64,000 bases of DNA from an uncultured Bacteroidales bacterium (lineage in GTDB: Bacteria > Bacteroidota > Bacteroidia > Bacteroidales > P3). Both the position numbers and the translations under genes were made by a program. This document shows, one piece after another, positions 27,129 through 33,961 of the stretch (within the stretch, counting starts at the first letter, position 1; the number at the start of each line of letters is the position of its first letter). Under the pieces are notes generated by a model. That model saw only the letters and a list, made by a program, of their open reading frames with translations. It was not told the DNA's origin and did not search any database. The stretch is from contig CAJOHZ010000011.1 in NCBI GenBank assembly GCA_905234695.1, forward strand, positions 3,121 through 67,120. Direction: 5' to 3'.

Positions 27129-28268
27129 ATGAAATTCATCATCAACAGCTTGCTGCTGTCGCGGCAAATCCAGTCGCTGAGCGGCGTATTGACCAACAAC
27201 AACACCGTTCCCATCATCAATTGCTTCCATTTCCATCTGGACGAAAACCTGCTGACCATCCGCGCCACCGACCTGGAAACCACCCTGGTGGCCAAAATCG
27301 AGGTGGAGAGTGGCCGTATCGAAGGACTGACCGACATCGCCGTGCCGTCCAAGCTGCTGATTGACATATTGAAGAGTCTGGACGATGTGCCACTGACATT
27401 CCTCGTCGAGGATGCCACCTTCGGCATCGTCATCACCTCGGGCGAAGGCAAGTACCGGCTGGCCGGCAAGAATGCCGACACCTTCCCCTCCATGCCCGAA
27501 GCCCGCGAAACGACCTCCATCACCATCCCTGGTCCCGCCCTGGCCACCGCCATCGGCAAGACCGCTTTCGCCGCCTCCAACGACGAGATGCGCCAGCAGA
27601 TGAGCGGCATCTTCTGCGACATCAATGCCGAGAACATCACCTTTGTGGCCACCGACGCCCACAAACTGGTACGCTACCGCCGCACCGATGTCCATACCGA
27701 CACGCCCGCGAGTTTCATTCTGCCCCGCAAGCCCGTCACCATGCTCAGAAACATCATCGCCTCGCGCAAAGAGGAGTCGGAGGTCACCGTGGAGTACAAC
27801 AACACCAACGCCTTCTTCTCGTTCGAGAACTACTACATCATCTGCCGTCTGGTCGATGGGAAATATCCCAATTACGAGGCCGCCATCCCCAAGGAGAACC
27901 CCAACAAACTGACTGTCGACCGCAACTCGCTGCTCAACTCGCTGCGTCGCGTGGGCCTCTTCGCCAACCAATCCACCCATCAGGTGCGCCTCTCCATCCA
28001 GGAGCGCGAATTGGTCATCAGCGCCGAGGACATAGAGTTCTCCAACGACGCCCATGAGAAACTTCCCTGCCAGTACGAGGGCGACCCGATGGAGATTGGC
28101 TTCAACGCCAAGTTCCTCACCGAGATGCTCACCAACCTGGAGAGTGAGCAGGTGCTGGTGGAACTCTCCCACCCCAGCCGTGCCGGCATCATCTTCCCCG
28201 TCAACGAGAGCAACGACAGCCCCGAGGACATCCTCATGCTCGTCATGCCCGTCATGCTGGCCAATTGA
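27129..28268 (+). CDS. dnaN: DNA polymerase III beta sliding clamp
   Basis: 379 aa. The N-terminus 'MKFIINSLLLSRQIQSLSGVL...PIINCFHF' and three-domain length are typical. The C-terminal 'MLVMPVML' is typical of DnaN. Confidence 0.92.
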   Translation: MKFIINSLLLSRQIQSLSGVLTNNNTVPIINCFHFHLDENLLTIRATDLETTLVAKIEVESGRIEGLTDIAVPSKLLIDILKSLDDVPLTFLVEDATFGIVITSGEGKYRLAGKNADTFPSMPEARETTSITIPGPALATAIGKTAFAASNDEMRQQMSGIFCDINAENITFVATDAHKLVRYRRTDVHTDTPASFILPRKPVTMLRNIIASRKEESEVTVEYNNTNAFFSFENYYIICRLVDGKYPNYEAAIPKENPNKLTVDRNSLLNSLRRVGLFANQSTHQVRLSIQERELVISAEDIEFSNDAHEKLPCQYEGDPMEIGFNAKFLTEMLTNLESEQVLVELSHPSRAGIIFPVNESNDSPEDILMLVMPVMLAN

Positions 28269-28306
28269 GAAAGAAAAGTCGAAAAGATAAAAAGTTTTCG
28301 TGCTTT

Positions 28307-28362
28307 CAAACCTTGGAGCCCTTGAACCTTTGAACCCCTAAACTTTCGAACCTTTGAAAAGC
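28307..28362 (+). repeat. 7-9-nt-period tract (CCTTGAA/CCTTTGAA-like) in dnaN-ftsX spacer
   Basis: CAAACCTTGGAGCCCTTGAACCTTTGAACCCCTAAACTTTCGAACCTTTGAAAAGC. It contains the putative TTG start of ftsX. Confidence 0.7.
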
Positions 28363-29232
28363 AAAGTCAACCTCTGGGAGACACACACCTCCACTATCCT
28401 GAGCATCACGCTGGCGCTGTTCCTCTTCGGACTGTGCCTGATGGTGGAATACCACTCCTACCGCATGACCCACGACCTGCAGGAGCGCATCACCTTCAAG
28501 GTGGATTTGGTGCCCGACATCTCCGACAGCGACGCAATGACGCTTAAACAGCAAATTGAGAGCATCGCGTATGTGAAGAACGTGGACTATATCTCGCGCC
28601 AGATGGCCGCCGAGATTTTCACCGAAGACCTTGACGACGACTTTGTGGGCTTCATCGGCTACAACCCCTTATACCCCTCCCTGATGGTCAACCTGCGGTC
28701 GGACCTCCTGCCCGAAACCCGCTCCGACAGCCGCGCCAAGACCATTGAGCAGTTCTCGGCCACGGTGAACGACATGCCGGGTGTCACCGGGGTGGTGTAT
28801 CAGAAGAACGTGGTCAACGAACTGAACGACATCTTCTATAAGACCACCTGGTTCCTTATTGTCTTTATGGCGTTGCTGCTACTGGTGAGCATCCTCATGA
28901 TACGCAGCACCATCAGCATCGCCCTCTACGCCCAACGCGAAACCATCCGCACCATGCAGCTGGTGGGCGCCAAACCTGGATTCATCGCCCGCCCGTTCTT
29001 GATGCGCAGCCTGTGGTACGGCCTGCTGGGCGGCATGATTGCCTGCGTGGTGCTGGCCGCCACCACCGCCGTGTTCAACCAGTCGCTCCACGGACTCGAC
29101 CTGCTCACCGCAGAGCACCTGTATTGGTACATCGGCATTGCCGTCATCATCATCCTCATCGGCATCATCCTGTCGTACCTCTCCACCCTCTTCGCCGTAC
29201 ATCGTTACCTCCGCCAAGAGCCCCTCCACTAA
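28354..29232 (+). CDS. ftsX: FtsX-like cell-division permease
   Basis: It has four TM segments with a large first periplasmic loop, and FtsX-DUF3098-UppP synteny is typical of Bacteroidota. The start is uncertain: the TTG at 28354 lies inside a repeat tract and no upstream ATG is in frame. Confidence 0.75.
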   Translation: MKSKVNLWETHTSTILSITLALFLFGLCLMVEYHSYRMTHDLQERITFKVDLVPDISDSDAMTLKQQIESIAYVKNVDYISRQMAAEIFTEDLDDDFVGFIGYNPLYPSLMVNLRSDLLPETRSDSRAKTIEQFSATVNDMPGVTGVVYQKNVVNELNDIFYKTTWFLIVFMALLLLVSILMIRSTISIALYAQRETIRTMQLVGAKPGFIARPFLMRSLWYGLLGGMIACVVLAATTAVFNQSLHGLDLLTAEHLYWYIGIAVIIILIGIILSYLSTLFAVHRYLRQEPLH

Positions 29233-29281
29233 CTTCGACTTCCATTTATCAATCACCCTCAATAATTCAATTTCCCCACCC

Positions 29282-29542
29282 ATGGCAAAAGAAATCAAAT
29301 CCACCGAAGACAAAGAGATGAAATTCGCATTCGTCTTCACCAAGATGAACTATATCATTATGGGCATCGGCATCGTCCTCCTCGCCCTGGGATACATCCT
29401 GCTCGCCGGCGGCGGCAGCGATGACCCCAACGTGTTCAACTATGAGATGTTCAACGCCCGCCGACTCTACGTCGCTCCCATCCTCATCATTCTGGGATTC
29501 GTGACGGAGATTGTCGCCATCATGTACAAGAAGGGCGAATAG
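29282..29542 (+). CDS. DUF3098-family small membrane protein
   Basis: Start MAKEIKSTEDKEMKFAFVFTKMNYIIMGIGIVLLALGYILL. It has two TM segments and the conserved position between ftsX and uppP. Confidence 0.75.
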   Translation: MAKEIKSTEDKEMKFAFVFTKMNYIIMGIGIVLLALGYILLAGGGSDDPNVFNYEMFNARRLYVAPILIILGFVTEIVAIMYKKGE

Positions 29543-29544
29543 AC

Positions 29545-29596
29545 ACTAATCACTGAAACTGAAAACTTAAACTAAAACTCACCAATCACTAATATT
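29545..29596 (+). repeat. 6-7-nt-period tract (ACTGAA ACTGAAA ACTTAA ACTAAA) in DUF3098-uppP spacer
   Basis: Read directly from the sequence. It contains multiple TGA and TAA codons. Confidence 0.75.
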
Positions 29597-30457
29597 ATGG
29601 ACTGGTTGCAAGCGCTTATTCTTGGCATCATCCAAGGCCTTACCGAATACCTACCTGTGAGCAGCAGCGGACACCTGACCATTGGCCAACGCCTCTTCGG
29701 CCTTACCGACCCTGAGGCCAATATGGCATTTGACGTGGCCGTTCACGTAGCCACCGTGCTGAGCACCTGCGTCATCCTTTGGAAAGAGATTGTCTGGATT
29801 TTCCAAGACTTCTTCAAATGGATAGGGGACCTTTTCGGCAAACGGGAGCAAAGCACCGAGTCAAGAAAAGGTCTGCGACTGAAAGATGCAAACGAAGGCA
29901 CGAAGTATGTCATCAACATCCTCGTCTCGATGATTCCCGTGGCCATCGTGGGACTCTTCTTCGAGAAGCAGATTAAAGCCGCCTTCGACGGCAACCTCCT
30001 CGTCGTCGGCATTTGCCTGCTGGTCACTGCTTCGCTGCTGGCCTTCTCCTACTGGGCAAAACCCCGTCAACGCGAGAACATATCCCCCTTCCATGCGTTC
30101 ATCATCGGCATCGCCCAGGCCATCGCCGCCCTGCCGGGTCTCTCGCGCTCGGGCAGCACCATCGCCACCGGCCTGCTGCTGGGCAACAAAAAAGAGGAAC
30201 TGGCCCAGTTCTCGTTCCTTATGGTCATCCCCCCGATTCTCGGCAAGGCACTGCTCGACGGTATCAAAATCGCCCACCATGGCGTCAGCGCCGCCATGGG
30301 TGGTCTTTCTTCATGGGCGTTGCTTGTGGGCTTCCTGGCCGCTTTCGTCAGCGGCTGCGTGGCCTGCAAATGGATGGTCAACCTCGTGAAGAAAGGCAAA
30401 CTCGTGTGGTTCGCCATCTACTGCGCCGTGATAGGCATTTTGGCCATCGTCCTCTAG
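29597..30457 (+). CDS. uppP: undecaprenyl-diphosphate phosphatase
   Basis: The BacA signature '[18 protein letters not shown]' and '[10 protein letters not shown]' are present. Confidence 0.93.
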   Translation: MDWLQALILGIIQGLTEYLPVSSSGHLTIGQRLFGLTDPEANMAFDVAVHVATVLSTCVILWKEIVWIFQDFFKWIGDLFGKREQSTESRKGLRLKDANEGTKYVINILVSMIPVAIVGLFFEKQIKAAFDGNLLVVGICLLVTASLLAFSYWAKPRQRENISPFHAFIIGIAQAIAALPGLSRSGSTIATGLLLGNKKEELAQFSFLMVIPPILGKALLDGIKIAHHGVSAAMGGLSSWALLVGFLAAFVSGCVACKWMVNLVKKGKLVWFAIYCAVIGILAIVL

Positions 30458-30491
30458 GAAAACTAGAGCAAATAGGAAATCTAGCAAAGCC

Positions 30492-31388
30492 ATGATTCCC
30501 TTAGAAACCCTCCTCGACGGTATAATCATTCCCATCGACAAGCCACGCCAGTGGACCTCTTTCCAAGCCGTCAACAAGGTCAAGGCGGCCATCCGTAACA
30601 CATACGACATCAAGAAGGGACAACCCGGACATCGGATGAAGATAGGCCATGCGGGAACCCTTGACCCGTTGGCCACAGGACTGTTACTTGTCTGTGTGGG
30701 CAAAGCCACCAAGCGCATCTCCGAACTGCAAGAGGGCGAGAAAGTCTACAGCGGCACCATGGTACTGGGGGCCACCACGCCCTGCTACGATTTGGAGCGT
30801 CCCATCGACTGCCGATACCCCTACGAACACATCACCCCGGCCCTCATTGAAGAGGCCCGCCGACAGTTCCTAGGCGACATCGAGCAGGTACCGCCCCTCT
30901 TCAGCGCCGTCAAAATCAATGGCCAACGAGCCTACACCCTCGCCCGAACTGTGGCCGGAGACAATATGGAGGCAGAAGCGCCCTCCCCTACCCCTAAGAC
31001 AGTTCATATCTACGACTTCCAGATTACCGCCTTCCGCCCCCAGGCTATGCCTGGAGATGATTTACCCGCTGCCCCCCTATTATCGTTTCCCAAAGCGAGC
31101 GCAGAGTCAATTTGTTCACTATGCCATGCCGAAGGAACGTCAACGAAGTCTCCTCTCACCTCTCACCTCTACAAGTCCCCGCTTGGCACAATCCCGCCCG
31201 AACTGCCCCAGATAGATTTCCGCATCCGCTGCGGCAAAGGCACCTATATCCGCAGCATCGCCCGCGACTTTGGCATGGCCCTCGACAGCGGGGCCTTCCT
31301 GTCTGCCCTCCGCCGCGAGCAAATCGGCGACTACACCCTCGCAGATGCCATCCCCCTCACCGACATCGAGACATTCCTCACCCGATAA
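30492..31388 (+). CDS. truB: tRNA pseudouridine(55) synthase
   Basis: 'KPRQWTSFQAVNKVK', the catalytic Asp motif 'GHAGTLDPLATGLL' and 'GKGTYIRSIARD' are present. The protein also contains a ~55-aa low-complexity insertion. Confidence 0.92.
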   Translation: MIPLETLLDGIIIPIDKPRQWTSFQAVNKVKAAIRNTYDIKKGQPGHRMKIGHAGTLDPLATGLLLVCVGKATKRISELQEGEKVYSGTMVLGATTPCYDLERPIDCRYPYEHITPALIEEARRQFLGDIEQVPPLFSAVKINGQRAYTLARTVAGDNMEAEAPSPTPKTVHIYDFQITAFRPQAMPGDDLPAAPLLSFPKASAESICSLCHAEGTSTKSPLTSHLYKSPLGTIPPELPQIDFRIRCGKGTYIRSIARDFGMALDSGAFLSALRREQIGDYTLADAIPLTDIETFLTR

Positions 31389-31411
31389 CCATTCCATTCC
31401 CTCCATTTTTC
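31348..31411 (+). repeat. direct repeat DR1-left: last 13 codons plus stop of truB plus 23 nt
   Basis: 64/64 nt identical to 32200-32263 by manual alignment. Confidence 0.9.
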
Positions 31412-31498
31412 GGTGTGTCCTCGGAGTTGTGGACTTGTGAGATTTATGGATTTCTCCTGTTTTTAGCAAAAAAAACTTGTGAATTCGATTTTTCTTCG

Positions 31499-31506
31499 TA
31501 TCTTTG
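31499..31506 (+). promoter_or_regulatory. -7 box TATCTTTG upstream of MNT/HepT pair
   Basis: Matches the consensus, 30 nt before the ATG at 31536 and inside the inserted cassette. Confidence 0.6.
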
Positions 31507-31535
31507 CATCTGAAAACAACAAGAAAAAATACATA

Positions 31536-31838
31536 ATGAATACCGAACTCATCTCTGCAATCCAAGATTACTTTAAGAACCAGCCGGTCTTGAAAGCTTG
31601 GATATTTGGTTCATACGCCCGTGGCGAAGAAACCGAAAATAGCGATGTGGATATTCTGGTAGTATTTGACCAAAATAGCGGTAAAGGGGTAAGTCTGCTG
31701 AGGCACATCTCCATTGCCCTAGGGCTAGAAGACCAAATAAGACGAAAAGTTGACTTGATAACAGAAGGCACATTACTTCCTTTCGCAAAGGAGACTGCCG
31801 ATAGAGACAAAATTCTTATTTATGAGAGAGCTAGCTAA
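31536..31838 (+). CDS. mntA: minimal nucleotidyltransferase (MNT) antitoxin of a type VII HepT/MntA pair
   Basis: It carries the Pol-beta-superfamily motif 'FGSYARGEETENSDVDILV'. It is 100 aa, overlaps the downstream HEPN gene by 17 nt and is low-GC. Confidence 0.85.
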   Translation: MNTELISAIQDYFKNQPVLKAWIFGSYARGEETENSDVDILVVFDQNSGKGVSLLRHISIALGLEDQIRRKVDLITEGTLLPFAKETADRDKILIYERAS

Positions 31839-32172
31839 AGACAAAGGAAGGCTAATGCACATCCTTGAAAGTGTGAATAATATCTATGAGTTTGTCGAAG
31901 GGCACGACTCTCAAATAATTCTTTCTGACAAAATACGATACTTTGCAATCGTGTACCAACTGGTTGTAATCGGAGAAGCCGCGAACTTACTAACCGATGA
32001 ATTTCGCTCTTTACACAAACAAACCCCTTGGCGTGAAATCATCAACATGCGGAACTTTATTGTGCATGGGTACAACATGGTCGACAAGACAGAAGTCCTA
32101 TCCGTAATCAATAATGACCTCCCAATACTAAAAAAACAGGTGGAAGAATATCTAAAGGAACTGCTGGATTAA
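31822..32172 (+). CDS. hepT: HepT-like HEPN (DUF86) ribonuclease toxin
   Basis: The Rx4HxY motif 'RNFIVHGY' is present. It is 116 aa and genetically coupled to the MNT gene. Confidence 0.85.
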   Translation: MRELAKDKGRLMHILESVNNIYEFVEGHDSQIILSDKIRYFAIVYQLVVIGEAANLLTDEFRSLHKQTPWREIINMRNFIVHGYNMVDKTEVLSVINNDLPILKKQVEEYLKELLD

Positions 32173-32199
32173 TACAATAATCACCGGTATACATACACC

Positions 32200-32263
32200 G
32201 CCATCCCCCTCACCGACATCGAGACATTCCTCACCCGATAACCATTCCATTCCCTCCATTTTT
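32200..32263 (+). repeat. direct repeat DR1-right: orphan copy of the truB 3' end
   Basis: GCCATCCCCCTCACCGACATCGAGACATTCCTCACCCGATAACCATTCCATTCCCTCCATTTTT is identical to 31348-31411. After it there is a 1-nt T-run length difference and the sequences diverge. Confidence 0.9.
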
Positions 32264-32630
32264 TCGCCCTAGAGCGGAGCCAAAGTGCTCTCGGTGTTCC
32301 TTTTATGTTCCCTTTTCCTTCCTTTTACTCTTATCTTACGCATACCCAACACTTTTCCCACACATCTCCCCTACATACGTTGGAGAAGTGTTGGAGAAGT
32401 GTAGGAGAAACGTTGGAGAAGGACCGAAGGAACACCGAAAGAACATAAGCGTCACATAAAGGTCACACCGATACTAACCTTAGTCCCATACCCTGCCCAA
32501 ATCAATGAAAAAAATGCACATTTCGTATATTTTTACATTCGTCACCTTCGCCGATGACGAGTCGCTAGTGTACAAGGACGAGTTCGGCTCCTCCCACATG
32601 TGGGACAAGACTCAATAGGTCCGGCTACTG

Positions 32631-32660
32631 AGGATTGACAATCTCGTCGAGTTCGAGCCA
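32631..32660. repeat. direct repeat DR2-left: orphan copy of the ABC-F 3' end
   Basis: AGGATTGACAATCTCGTCGAGTTCGAGCCA is 29/30 identical to 33968-33997. Confidence 0.85.
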
Positions 32661-32675
32661 TCTTGTAAAGTTCTT

Positions 32676-32711
32676 TTGATGCCATCAAACAATATTTTTT
32701 GATGGCATCAA
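32676..32711. promoter_or_regulatory. two 13-bp perfect palindromes TTGATG-N-CATCAA, centres 23 bp apart (candidate operator pair)
   Basis: TTGATGCCATCAA (32676-32688) and TTGATGGCATCAA (32699-32711) are each self-complementary and are exact reverse complements of one another. Both sit within a repeated 23-bp context (TTTTGATGSCATCAAAMAATATTT). The second lies 11 nt upstream of the -7 box. Confidence 0.55.
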
Positions 32712-32721
32712 AAAATATTTG

Positions 32722-32729
32722 TATATTTG
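32722..32729 (+). promoter_or_regulatory. -7 box TATATTTG upstream of AAA+/DUF4143 gene
   Basis: Matches the consensus, 22 nt before the ATG at 32751. The twin palindromes lie just upstream. Confidence 0.6.
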
Positions 32730-32750
32730 CAATTGAAAAAGCATCCTCTT

Positions 32751-33953
32751 ATGATACAAAAAGGAAGAATAGAACAAGTTGTAAACAAGCAACATGAGTA
32801 CATATCAGCAAGCAAGAAAGAAGTTCCCAGAGAACAGGCAGAAAGCACTTGCGTTGAGAAGAACCTCGCCACTATTGTGACAGGAATACGTCGTTGCGGA
32901 AAGAGTACACTGATGAGACAGGTAATGCTCAAATACCCTAAGAAGGAAGTACTGTATTTGAACTTTGATGACATCAGCCTAACTGGATTTGAGCAGGACG
33001 ACTTTATCCGTCTGCATGCCTTGATAGAGGAACGAGGGGCGAAGATATTGTTTTTCGACGAGATACAACTTGTATCGGGATGGGAGATTTTTATCCACCA
33101 GCTGTTACGCGAAGGTTTTCTTGTGTACATCACCGGATCCAATGCATCTATGCTAAGTGTGGAACTTGGCACCCACTTGACTGGTAGACATCTCTCAGAA
33201 GAGTTGTTTCCGTTCTCCTATACAGAATACCTGTTGTATACAAAACAACAACAAGGAGAAGAGAGTTTCCTGAATTACTTGAAATACGGGGGTATGCCGG
33301 AATATCTCGCCACACATGACAGGCGGGTGCTTCTGTCACTAGTAGAGGATATACTTATACGCGACATCGCAATACGCAGAGGCATCCGTAATGTAGACCC
33401 GCTGAAACGGCTTGCCGTGTATCTGCTGACAAATGCCGCCAAGCCTTTTACGGGCAACAGGCTCTCCTCACTGGTAGGTGACATGGCGACATCGACAGTG
33501 CTTGATTATGTGGATTACCTGCGAGACTCCTATCTGGTGGACACTATCGGGCAATACTCCCTATCAATGCGTACTACAATCCGCAATCCGAAGAAAGTCT
33601 ATGCATTGGACACTGGCATTGTGTCGGCAGTAACACTCTCACAATCCGAAGACCTAGGGCGGCTATTAGAAAACTACATGTTTATCGTCCTCCGCAAACA
33701 GCACAAAGGACATCTTTACTATTACCGAGAAACCGGGGAATGCGACTTTGTAGTCACAAGCATTGACAACACCCCGCAAGAGTTATATCAAGTATGTATG
33801 AAACTAACCGACGAGAATTTCGAGAGAGAAATTGGCGGTTTGCGTGAAGCCATGCGCAACCTCCACATCAACAGAGGCAACGTCGTGACACTCTCCGAAA
33901 CAGACCATTTCAATGTAGAAGAGGGAGAAATCAACATTGTGCGGGCATTCTAA
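32751..33953 (+). CDS. AAA+ ATPase with C-terminal DUF4143 (COG1373-type, PD-(D/E)xK-like) domain
   Basis: ATG at 32751 (MIQKGRIEQV). It has Walker A 'GIRRCGKST', Walker B 'ILFFDEIQ' and the C-terminal 'GECDFVV' string typical of DUF4143. GC content is lower than in the flanks. Confidence 0.8.
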   Translation: MIQKGRIEQVVNKQHEYISASKKEVPREQAESTCVEKNLATIVTGIRRCGKSTLMRQVMLKYPKKEVLYLNFDDISLTGFEQDDFIRLHALIEERGAKILFFDEIQLVSGWEIFIHQLLREGFLVYITGSNASMLSVELGTHLTGRHLSEELFPFSYTEYLLYTKQQQGEESFLNYLKYGGMPEYLATHDRRVLLSLVEDILIRDIAIRRGIRNVDPLKRLAVYLLTNAAKPFTGNRLSSLVGDMATSTVLDYVDYLRDSYLVDTIGQYSLSMRTTIRNPKKVYALDTGIVSAVTLSQSEDLGRLLENYMFIVLRKQHKGHLYYYRETGECDFVVTSIDNTPQELYQVCMKLTDENFEREIGGLREAMRNLHINRGNVVTLSETDHFNVEEGEINIVRAF

Positions 33954-33961
33954 CAATCCGT

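Noticed and set aside
32514-32616. 34-codon ORF (MHISYIFTFVTFADDESLVYKDEFGSSHMWDKTQ) in the filler between the cassettes.
   Set aside because: It is too short and has no motif. The GC-rich 3' half may be a relic of a disrupted gene, but I cannot support a call.
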